Positions 10,149-18,905 of a stretch of DNA of 64,000 bases are shown piece by piece. Below the pieces are notes generated by a model. The model saw only the letters and a program-made list of their open reading frames with translations. It had not been told where the DNA came from and made no database searches. The DNA comes from a virus. A program made the position numbers and the translations under genes. Where the stretch lies: positions 32,001-96,000 of IMG/VR virus record IMGVR_UViG_3300046820_002137, one strand, 5' to 3'. The stretch's first letter is position 1. Each line of letters starts with the position of its first letter.

Positions 10149-12542
10149 TTAAAAATCAAACTTTATCAAAAACTGTTGTATGCCTGTTCTTAGAACGGGA
10201 GACTGCATTTTTGATATAATCATAAGATTTTTGTCGTCATCGTAAAGACCAATGTCTGTTATATAAGAAGAAGTACCAGGGGTCCAAGTAGGATTTGTTG
10301 TATTTTGGAAATCAGCATTACCCAAATTAACTTTATATCTCATCTCATATATTGTCGCTTGAATGTCAGTTTCAATAGAACCATAAAAATAATATTCATC
10401 TCCAAAATTCAAAGTAATCCCTTGTTGACCTATTGTTGTTAATGAAATTAAGTCAGCCAAGTTAAATGGGGAGGCATTACTATAATCATCACTAGTTATT
10501 ACAAAAGTTGTCGATGAAAAAGCTCCAGGAGGAATAAACCCATTAATTAAATAATCTTGTAAATCCAATGTTTTATTAATAACCCTCCAATCAGATGGGT
10601 CGGGCCTTTGGTCCCCCTCAACTATTTGAGCTAAAACATAAAATTGGTCAGCAATAAAACCTTGTACATTTGAGGGTGAGGCGTCAGGAACATTCATACA
10701 GGCGAACTCATTACCAAAATTAATCGCAACATCTTTTGCAACAGAATCACAACTAGGGTTTGGACCTTGTATTTTTGAATAGTAATTACAGTGTAAAAAA
10801 TTAGTAAATGTTGTTGAATTATACATCAAATATGTTATGTACATATACTGAGTATTCCCAGTTAACAATCCATCATAAGGTGTGGTTCCGCTTCCTCCAC
10901 AAACATTAGGAACAACTAAGCTTAATCTAGGTGCTGGCAAAGTCCAATTTCGATTAGACTTATATGACATCGCAGCAATTATTTCCTCATCATCAATAAT
11001 AATAATATGGTCATCAGGAAATACTTTACCAATTCTGCTAGGATAACCATCTTCATTAGCATTACCATCCCAAAGGTGAAAATATCTATGACCAGGTCTG
11101 TTCATATCTTGGTTAAAATTTGATGTTAAATAATGAGCTTGGAATAAATTTAAAGTCGCAAACCCTGGAGGGTCTACCCAAAATGTTTGTCCGCTACAAC
11201 ATGTCGGTGATTTATGCCACATTAACCAAGGTATGTGTAATCTAAAATTACGCCCCTCTCCTGTTGTATCAGCAGGTAGTGATGGGTCATGAGCCTGCAT
11301 TGCAAACTTTTCCCCATAAAAATAATCTATAGTTTGATTTGTATAATGTATTATCGCAATTGCCTTTTGTTCTTCAGGTCTAACAGTTATTCTATCACCT
11401 AATGAGTTATTATAAAAAACAGAACTACTATCTGTTTGTCCAGAACTTGATGAATATCCATAGTATTCTTTACTACCAAGATATTCAACTGAACCAAATC
11501 CTGCGTAATCTACGTATGTTGATGACATTAACCCTGCCGGATTTTCAGACCAAGGAATATTCATATTCCAAATTTTTGTATCAAATTGGTCAGTATCACA
11601 AACAGATTCAAAATTAATAACATCATCTCTCCAATGTTCTCTTGGGGTAAGACTATCGTAAAGTTCAGTCATACCAGATGGGTAAAATAAAATTCTTCCG
11701 AAACAACCGCTCGCAAAGTAACTAAAGTTCGGTGTAGGTCTATCCAATTCAATTATATTATTACAAAATGAAACTACTTTATACGTTAGTATCGGATAAC
11801 AATTTGTAAATGACATTAAACATGGTGTAGGTTCAGGTGGGGTGCAAATGAATCTAGTAGGTTCAGGTGGACAATTAGTACCTGATGGGGTTGGTGTTGG
11901 TAATGGGGTTTCACAAGGATATTCAGGTTGTTGTGGGGGTGTTGATGACGGAGTTGGTGTTGGAGTAGGTGAAGTTGGGATTACACAACTACAATTATTA
12001 GCCCCAACTCCATTGTAATATATTGTTATAATATCTCCTGATTGAGGTAGTCTTAATATATTACTGTTACATGCTGAAAAAGACACCTCTATTGTATTAC
12101 TACCATTTAAAGTAGTCATATCAACAATATAGTTTGAATTTAAAGCTATATTACCTGTAGTAATAGCACTCCAATCTAAAGTACTAGCGGTTAAATCAGC
12201 ACTAAAAAATCCTCTCATAGCGGCGGTATTAAACACATCGTATATTTGAGAATCTGCATTTGGTACTCCATATGTGTTACCTTGCAAACCTTTAACGTAA
12301 TACGGATATTTGATATATTGTTTATTAGGTTCACATCCAAAACTATTATTATGAGAGTTGAATCCAGGTGTTAATATCATAGTGTCAAACTGATTGTAGG
12401 TTGAAGGTAAATTATAAGTAACCTCACAATCTCCAATTTGAAAATAAGATATATTAAAGTTACCTTGTGATAGTTTTTTTCTACCTGCGTCAGTTAACCT
12501 TGAATTTATTAGACCTGATGTATTTTTAAGTATGTAACTCAT
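10149..12542 (-). CDS. Virion structural protein, tail-collar/fibre-attachment-like
   Basis: N-terminal LTDAGRKKLSQG…YFQIGD and C-terminal YITDIGLYDDDKNLMIISK resemble the two halves of phage tail-collar fibre (DUF3751-like) domains. Contains a Pro/Thr linker and lies in the baseplate cluster. Confidence 0.55.
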   Translation of the reverse strand: MSYILKNTSGLINSRLTDAGRKKLSQGNFNISYFQIGDCEVTYNLPSTYNQFDTMILTPGFNSHNNSFGCEPNKQYIKYPYYVKGLQGNTYGVPNADSQIYDVFNTAAMRGFFSADLTASTLDWSAITTGNIALNSNYIVDMTTLNGSNTIEVSFSACNSNILRLPQSGDIITIYYNGVGANNCSCVIPTSPTPTPTPSSTPPQQPEYPCETPLPTPTPSGTNCPPEPTRFICTPPEPTPCLMSFTNCYPILTYKVVSFCNNIIELDRPTPNFSYFASGCFGRILFYPSGMTELYDSLTPREHWRDDVINFESVCDTDQFDTKIWNMNIPWSENPAGLMSSTYVDYAGFGSVEYLGSKEYYGYSSSSGQTDSSSVFYNNSLGDRITVRPEEQKAIAIIHYTNQTIDYFYGEKFAMQAHDPSLPADTTGEGRNFRLHIPWLMWHKSPTCCSGQTFWVDPPGFATLNLFQAHYLTSNFNQDMNRPGHRYFHLWDGNANEDGYPSRIGKVFPDDHIIIIDDEEIIAAMSYKSNRNWTLPAPRLSLVVPNVCGGSGTTPYDGLLTGNTQYMYITYLMYNSTTFTNFLHCNYYSKIQGPNPSCDSVAKDVAINFGNEFACMNVPDASPSNVQGFIADQFYVLAQIVEGDQRPDPSDWRVINKTLDLQDYLINGFIPPGAFSSTTFVITSDDYSNASPFNLADLISLTTIGQQGITLNFGDEYYFYGSIETDIQATIYEMRYKVNLGNADFQNTTNPTWTPGTSSYITDIGLYDDDKNLMIISKMQSPVLRTGIQQFLIKFDF

Positions 12543-12569
12543 TTGTTATAAATATACTTTTTAAAGTTT

Positions 12570-15500
12570 TTAAGTAATTACTACTTGACAATAATTACAT
12601 CCACTAATTACCGCGTTCGCCAGTGTGTAATTTTCAACCGCCTTAGAACTGTAGCAATAGTTAGAGATATTTTTAACTATCGTGGTAGTAGTTTCTACAT
12701 TAATAGAATCACCTGAAATCATGTAGACAGTGTTCCAATTCTCAGTAGAAGCCGTAATGTATTTAGAATTACTTTGGCAGCCTGCGGCAAAATTAGTTCC
12801 AGTAGATGTACTTGAACCGCTTGAACTTATCGCTTGTGGAACGTTGTTCAATTTTAATATGGAGTTAGTTGTAAGTGTGGATGCGGTTTGAGATGGCGAT
12901 GTATCAAACGTATTGGTATGTAAAACATCAAATATAATAGTCGTACCTGTTGGTAAGGACGGTGTGACGTTTACTATTGTATTATATTGTTTTGTAAGTG
13001 TGGTTGTGGTATTCGAAACTATAGATTGACTAGTTGTTAAATATAAATTGTATACGGTTATGTTTTGAGCAGAGGTTAATGTAATTTTTTGTGTAGTTGT
13101 TGCACCACTTAAGTCTTTACCTATCACAATATAATCACCACCTTTTAGTCCGTTAAAAATTGGGTAACTCTTATAAGTTGTTCCATTGTCTATTGAATAC
13201 TGATATGGGGGAGTTCCTCCTGTTACATTAAACACGATGGAACCATTAGATTCTTGTGTTGGGTTATTTTGAGATATTTTCATTCCTAATGTTGGATTAT
13301 ATGTACATAATCCTTGTGAAATTGTAAGGTCATACGATGACCCTGATATTGTATAAATACCAAATGGACTAACCGGATTGTGAGTCGCCTCAGATAAGAA
13401 CCCTGTCGAACCCGTTACCCCACTAGTCTCCCATTTTGTGGTATCGGTGTTAAAATATAATACCCAATCATCCCCTGTCTCACCACATGGTAATTGACCA
13501 GTCCAACTTGCTTGACCATTTATTTCACCATTATAAGTTAATTCAAAAATGTCCTCTCCACATTCAGACGGATTATCGAATGATGCACAAACATCACCAC
13601 TATAACATAAACCTTCGAAAACTCTAGCCGTTATTGTTGAATAGGTTGACCCTATAACCCCCCAACCCGTTACTGGTGGCGACTTAGGACTATAGTTTAA
13701 TATTTTATATGATTCCCCATAAAATCCTTGGATAAACCAATAAGGTTGTTTACTATCATTAACCCAATAAATTGAATAATCGCCACTGTTATCAACCCAA
13801 CTTGGTTTACCATTAATTAATCTTTGGTTATCATTAAATTGATATTGATTTGGTGTTCCATCAATTGTTATTGTAACACATAATTTTGGTTCGGGTGATA
13901 ATGATGTTGGCGAAATGGATAAAGTTGATGTGAAATTTTGAGGTCCTGAAACAACACAGACTGTAACTGCCGTAAAATCATAGTAATAGTCAGTAGTTGT
14001 TGCGGTGTATTCTCCAGGTAATAATTGGTATAAATTTGGTCCACTTTGCCCATTACTCCATGTTGTAAGATATGGTGGGGTTCCTCCAGTTATTGTTAAT
14101 GTTGCAGTTCCATCACCAACTACAGATTGTGAAGAAGTTGTAGAACATATCACCCCCATGGGATATAAAACAATCGGAGCACATTCATTACCTAATAAGT
14201 AATAAGTACCACATTGATTAGTTCCACTTACAGATGGATATAATGTTGTAGGGTCAGGGTCAGGTGGGTCACAACCTTGTAAAACGCTAGTAACTGTAGT
14301 TGCCGTACACGCGGAACAATTAATAAAATAATTAGACTGAAATAGATTAACACTAGCATCATAAATGATTGATGATGGAGGTATAGCGGTTCCATATACC
14401 TCGCAGCACCCTGTAAAATGACGCATTTCTAAATAATACGACTCACCAGGTATTGGTATTTTATTTTGTAAGGATTGAGCTACAGGTTGAACTCCAGAAC
14501 TTAATGTAAAATTATTTGTTGGGAAATTTTGTACCCCGAAAAATGAACTTGGGTTTCCCGAATCATCATCACAAATTTTAAAATAAACAGGAGGGTTTGA
14601 ACCATAGGAAGTACTAAACCAATCACTAGCACTTATACAAGTAGTTGGAGTTGAGTCCTGCCATTCATAAACAGTACCAACCGGATAAGTTGAATTTATA
14701 TTTAATATACTTAATAAGGTATTAGTTGACACTTCCCTACATTCCCACCAAAATTCAATATCATTCCAAAATATAATACCGTTTATATTATTATTACCGT
14801 TTTTTAATGTAAATTCAAAGGCATTTCTACCTCCAATTATACCCGCATCTGAAGCGTTAACAATTCCACATTGTGAATACACAACTAATAATGTATTAGA
14901 CGCAGGTGGTGTTGGTCCACCTCCAGTTGGAGTTGGGGTCTGTGGTGGTGTTGGTGTTATTGGAGGTGTTGACCCTCCTCCTCCCCCTGTTGGTGGTGTT
15001 ATTGTTGGAGTTGGTGTTGGGGTACCACCTGGTGGTACCGCCCCCATTGAATTTAATAGGGGTTCTCTAGCTCCTCCAGGTGCGAAAAGAGCTAAAGACC
15101 TTGATACTTGCCCCGGTGAAAACATAAACATACAAGCACTACGTGTATAGTCCATGTAATTCATCGTCATTTCAATTGGATTACCAGGGCAACTAGAATA
15201 GTGAGGATAAGCTGGGCATCCTGAGTTTGGTCCATCGTGTTCTGGTGTATCACTAACCCCATCACTAGCTCCACACCCACTACCTCCCCATATATGTTTT
15301 AAATTTAACCAGTGTCCTATTTCATGTACAGCAATCCTACCAATGCCGTATATAGAGTTAGACGGGTTTGGATTCGATATACTACCAACTGAAAAATATG
15401 ATATAACTATACCGTCACGTTCAGGTGACCCTCCCGGATAAGGGGCGTAACCACCTAAACCAGGTTCTAAAGCACACACCCAAATATTTAAATAACTGTC

Positions 15501-15965
15501 TCTATCCCAAGCATCAAATCCACCATCTGAAAAAAATCTAGGGTCATTTGGACCGTCAAAATAATCCAAATTAGTAGTTCTTCTCTGTATACCAGTTGTA
15601 GGGTCACCATTTGGGGCTCTTGACGCAATAGTAAATTGTATACCCATGTTACCCGCCGGTTGGAATATTGGTGGTACGTCAACTATATCAGGGTTTGTTG
15701 CACTAAAATCTAAATTTAATTGGTCTATTTGTGCTTGTAATAAATCATAGGAAACATTTTGTTCCGTTGTTTTATATATAACATGGAAAACTACAGGTAT
15801 TGTAATTATCTGAGTTGAAGTGTAGGAAGGATTAATTGCTAAAAATGCCGTTGTGAAATTTTCAACCGCTGTTTTTCCAGACGCGTAACTAGGGTCAACT
15901 AAGTTTAAATAATCCTCTTGAGCGTCTAATCCACAAGGTAAAGATATTTCAGTAAAACTACTCAT
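12570..15965 (-). CDS. M43 (pappalysin/ulilysin-type) zinc metalloprotease fused to a Pro/Thr linker, a Cys module and SprB repeats
   Basis: IPVVFHVIY, YLNIWVC, HEIGHWLNLKH (15294-15326), DGVSDTP, Met-turn NYMDY and FSPGQ. SprB-like repeats follow (GGTPPYLTTWSNG…LLPGEY and GGTPPYQYSIDNG). Confidence 0.88.
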   Translation of the reverse strand: MSSFTEISLPCGLDAQEDYLNLVDPSYASGKTAVENFTTAFLAINPSYTSTQIITIPVVFHVIYKTTEQNVSYDLLQAQIDQLNLDFSATNPDIVDVPPIFQPAGNMGIQFTIASRAPNGDPTTGIQRRTTNLDYFDGPNDPRFFSDGGFDAWDRDSYLNIWVCALEPGLGGYAPYPGGSPERDGIVISYFSVGSISNPNPSNSIYGIGRIAVHEIGHWLNLKHIWGGSGCGASDGVSDTPEHDGPNSGCPAYPHYSSCPGNPIEMTMNYMDYTRSACMFMFSPGQVSRSLALFAPGGAREPLLNSMGAVPPGGTPTPTPTITPPTGGGGGSTPPITPTPPQTPTPTGGGPTPPASNTLLVVYSQCGIVNASDAGIIGGRNAFEFTLKNGNNNINGIIFWNDIEFWWECREVSTNTLLSILNINSTYPVGTVYEWQDSTPTTCISASDWFSTSYGSNPPVYFKICDDDSGNPSSFFGVQNFPTNNFTLSSGVQPVAQSLQNKIPIPGESYYLEMRHFTGCCEVYGTAIPPSSIIYDASVNLFQSNYFINCSACTATTVTSVLQGCDPPDPDPTTLYPSVSGTNQCGTYYLLGNECAPIVLYPMGVICSTTSSQSVVGDGTATLTITGGTPPYLTTWSNGQSGPNLYQLLPGEYTATTTDYYYDFTAVTVCVVSGPQNFTSTLSISPTSLSPEPKLCVTITIDGTPNQYQFNDNQRLINGKPSWVDNSGDYSIYWVNDSKQPYWFIQGFYGESYKILNYSPKSPPVTGWGVIGSTYSTITARVFEGLCYSGDVCASFDNPSECGEDIFELTYNGEINGQASWTGQLPCGETGDDWVLYFNTDTTKWETSGVTGSTGFLSEATHNPVSPFGIYTISGSSYDLTISQGLCTYNPTLGMKISQNNPTQESNGSIVFNVTGGTPPYQYSIDNGTTYKSYPIFNGLKGGDYIVIGKDLSGATTTQKITLTSAQNITVYNLYLTTSQSIVSNTTTTLTKQYNTIVNVTPSLPTGTTIIFDVLHTNTFDTSPSQTASTLTTNSILKLNNVPQAISSSGSSTSTGTNFAAGCQSNSKYITASTENWNTVYMISGDSINVETTTTIVKNISNYCYSSKAVENYTLANAVISGCNYCQVVIT

Positions 15966-16055
15966 TTAAATAAAATTACAATTTTCCATTTTTATAAAAC
16001 TTGAACTATAATTAATAATTATCAAAATATTCAAAACAACTACAAAAAAACTATT

Positions 16056-18905
16056 TTATGGTATTAATTCCTCCGTTAAACATTCGTAATATTGATTACC
16101 AACCAATAAATTAGTAGGTGTTGGTGGTGATGGCATAACATATTCAAAAGTTACCGTATAAGGACTTGATGTATCTACAGAATAAACTCTTAAATCATCC
16201 TGATTCATAACGTATAATGTAGTTGCAATTTGGAATACACTATATGAAGAACCTGGTGGTAATAATGCTTGAGCTTCTAAATAACCAGTACTAGTATATT
16301 GACTTAAGAAATTATTATTATCAACGTCTAATGTTGTAATAAATATTTTACCAGTATTTGTGAAACTAATTGAATTTTTAATTTCAGTAAATGGAATTAG
16401 TGACAAATTGAATTTAGGAGTAACATTTCCATTACTTAGGTCAACTTGCATTAAATCATAGGACCCACTAACGTTACATAATAATGTATTACTATCGAAA
16501 TATGATAATCCATAAGTCAGTGTTTGTGATAAAATAATTTCTCTATTATATGTCAAATCAATAGGACACAAATTATTTATATCATATTCAAAAATACTAC
16601 CCCCACCGCCATCTAATACCCACAATTTATTTTCACTTCTTGTTATACCTAATGATGTAGTATATTGAGTTGTGGTTGGTAATATCTCATATAGATTAGT
16701 ACTAGGATTAAAATCATATACGTCATTATCTGAAGCGAATAAAACATCACAAACTTTAACACAAGCGACGTTACAAGTTTCACAGGAGATATCATATAAA
16801 ATTTTAACCGCAACGTTTACAACTAAGTCTGATAAATTATTTTGATTAATACCACAACCAGCAATAATTGTAATAGTACCATTTGGGTAATTAAATATTA
16901 TCTCATCTATACCTGTTATCTGTAATATAAGTTGTCTAATAGTTTCAAAAAAGACATTGTCCGTTGGATAATCTCCTAACCCATAACCATAATAAAATAT
17001 TTCACTCAATACCGCAGCCCCAATGGTTACTTCCGCAGTCCATGTTGTTTGGTTTAAAATACAATTAGTATCCCCCGCAGTTAAATCAAAATAACCCTCA
17101 GACAACATTTCTTTAAGTCCTTTTTTAACTATAATACCGTTGTCTTGGATATCACCATTACAAACATTATAAGTTTGCTGGGAACTAAACACTAAAGGTC
17201 CTACTAATGTTATATCTTTAGTTAAAGTACACCCATTACTATCATTAATGGTTAATGTGTAAGTTCCTGGTGATAAATTTATTACTGTCAATCCGGTTTG
17301 ACCATTAACGTTATTACTCCAAGTTAATGTAAATGGTGGTTCACCTTGTGTAATGAAAGTCGTAATACTACCATTGACTCCATTAGTTGGATTTATACCT
17401 TGTAAACTAAAGTCCACAGGTGGTATGGTGTCGATAATAAATGTTTCTTGTATTTGACAACCTGTGTCGTCAGTAACACTAATAAAATAACCCCCAACGG
17501 TTAACCCATTAAAAGTGTAATTAGTGTTTGAGGTCGTAACCGGTGGTAACCCGTTTACCTCGTAAGTGTATGTGGAACTTGTTCCAAAAACTTCTACATA
17601 TAACGAACCTACAGAAGTTAAACAATCGGCATCGGTAGTCGTAATCTGTATTGAAAAATTATCAATAGTGTTAATCGTAACGCTTTGGTAAAATGTACAT
17701 GGTCCATTATCACTTATATTTAAATCATAGATACCACCCTGTAAATTAGAAAATGTTATTGTAGGCACATTACTTGTTAGTGTTTGTAAAAATCCGCTAG
17801 TATTAGACAATACAAATGTGTAAATAGGGGTACCTCCAATTAGATTAACCGTTATAGTTCCTTGTCCATTGTCACACACACTGTCTGTGGTAATTATAGA
17901 TTGTAACGAAAAACCTCCAGCTGTTAGTAATGAGGTTTGGATTACGGTAGTACAAAGTCCAGCATCAGTTACTGTCACTGTGTACGGACCTGATGGTAAA
18001 TCTATAAAGGTATACGAATTAGAAAAACTAATGTCTTCAAATCCATTCGATAGTTGGTACCTAAATGGTGCCGTTCCACCACTTAGATATAATGTAAATG
18101 ACCCATCTGCAGCATAACATGAAGGTGGATTAAGAGTTAATGCAACTTGTCCTAACGATTCTACCAAATTTACATCAACTGATTTATTAACAACACACCC
18201 ATTAGAATCCGTAACTGTCACGTTGTATGAACCGTATGTCAATCCTGATATTGATGATGTTGTTTCTCCATTTGACCATAGATAAGTGTATGGAGCACTA
18301 CCGGTTAAACCTGTTACGAATAATTTACCTGAATTAGCAAAACATGCAGAATCATTTACAATGTAAAATCCATAATCAAATGAAGTTGATGATAATATTA
18401 TACAAGTTTCTGATTTTCCTGTACATCCCCCTCCATCATCCGCTATCACATACCATATTCCAGCAGGAACTGTGGTGGTGTAGAAATTATTTAAAGATGT
18501 ACCAGAATTGTAAAATCCATTTGTAGTTTCATAAACATAGTATGTCGATTCCCCATAAGAATTTGAGGTTTGAGCAGTTAAGCTACCACTATTTACACCA
18601 CATGTAGTATCAATATGGTCAGTTATAGAAACACACGCACCGCTTGAAATAAAAAAACTAACTAAAACGGGGTCAGGATTTGATATACAACTATCATATA
18701 ATTGAAAGGTATATGTTCCAGCGCTTAAATTGTATTCAGTGTATGTTGTAACTCCCGGCCCTAAAAAAACTAAATCAGTTCTTGGGTAAACCCATTGTAC
18801 TGAATAGTCAGGAGCACTACCAAAGATTTCCAAATTAAATATTCCAGAGTCAGTTATCGAGCAGTCACCAGTTAATGTTAAAAGGGTTTGTAGATTACAC
18901 GCCAT
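16056..18905 (-). CDS. SprB-repeat adhesin-like virion protein with a C-terminal propeller-like module
   Basis: Multiple G-x-APYTY-x-WSNG…L-x-x-G-x-Y-x-VTVTD-x-x-GC repeats. The start is placed at ATG 18905, which gives a TAATG overlap with the upstream stop. Confidence 0.8.
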   Translation of the reverse strand: MACNLQTLLTLTGDCSITDSGIFNLEIFGSAPDYSVQWVYPRTDLVFLGPGVTTYTEYNLSAGTYTFQLYDSCISNPDPVLVSFFISSGACVSITDHIDTTCGVNSGSLTAQTSNSYGESTYYVYETTNGFYNSGTSLNNFYTTTVPAGIWYVIADDGGGCTGKSETCIILSSTSFDYGFYIVNDSACFANSGKLFVTGLTGSAPYTYLWSNGETTSSISGLTYGSYNVTVTDSNGCVVNKSVDVNLVESLGQVALTLNPPSCYAADGSFTLYLSGGTAPFRYQLSNGFEDISFSNSYTFIDLPSGPYTVTVTDAGLCTTVIQTSLLTAGGFSLQSIITTDSVCDNGQGTITVNLIGGTPIYTFVLSNTSGFLQTLTSNVPTITFSNLQGGIYDLNISDNGPCTFYQSVTINTIDNFSIQITTTDADCLTSVGSLYVEVFGTSSTYTYEVNGLPPVTTSNTNYTFNGLTVGGYFISVTDDTGCQIQETFIIDTIPPVDFSLQGINPTNGVNGSITTFITQGEPPFTLTWSNNVNGQTGLTVINLSPGTYTLTINDSNGCTLTKDITLVGPLVFSSQQTYNVCNGDIQDNGIIVKKGLKEMLSEGYFDLTAGDTNCILNQTTWTAEVTIGAAVLSEIFYYGYGLGDYPTDNVFFETIRQLILQITGIDEIIFNYPNGTITIIAGCGINQNNLSDLVVNVAVKILYDISCETCNVACVKVCDVLFASDNDVYDFNPSTNLYEILPTTTQYTTSLGITRSENKLWVLDGGGGSIFEYDINNLCPIDLTYNREIILSQTLTYGLSYFDSNTLLCNVSGSYDLMQVDLSNGNVTPKFNLSLIPFTEIKNSISFTNTGKIFITTLDVDNNNFLSQYTSTGYLEAQALLPPGSSYSVFQIATTLYVMNQDDLRVYSVDTSSPYTVTFEYVMPSPPTPTNLLVGNQYYECLTEELIP

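Noticed and set aside
9554-10159. Cas9/TnpB/IscB-like nuclease suggested by the ILGLDI RuvC-I motif
   Set aside because: It is only ~196 aa, with no bridge helix, HNH or Zn finger and no adjacent array or IS ends; this fits a stand-alone resolvase.
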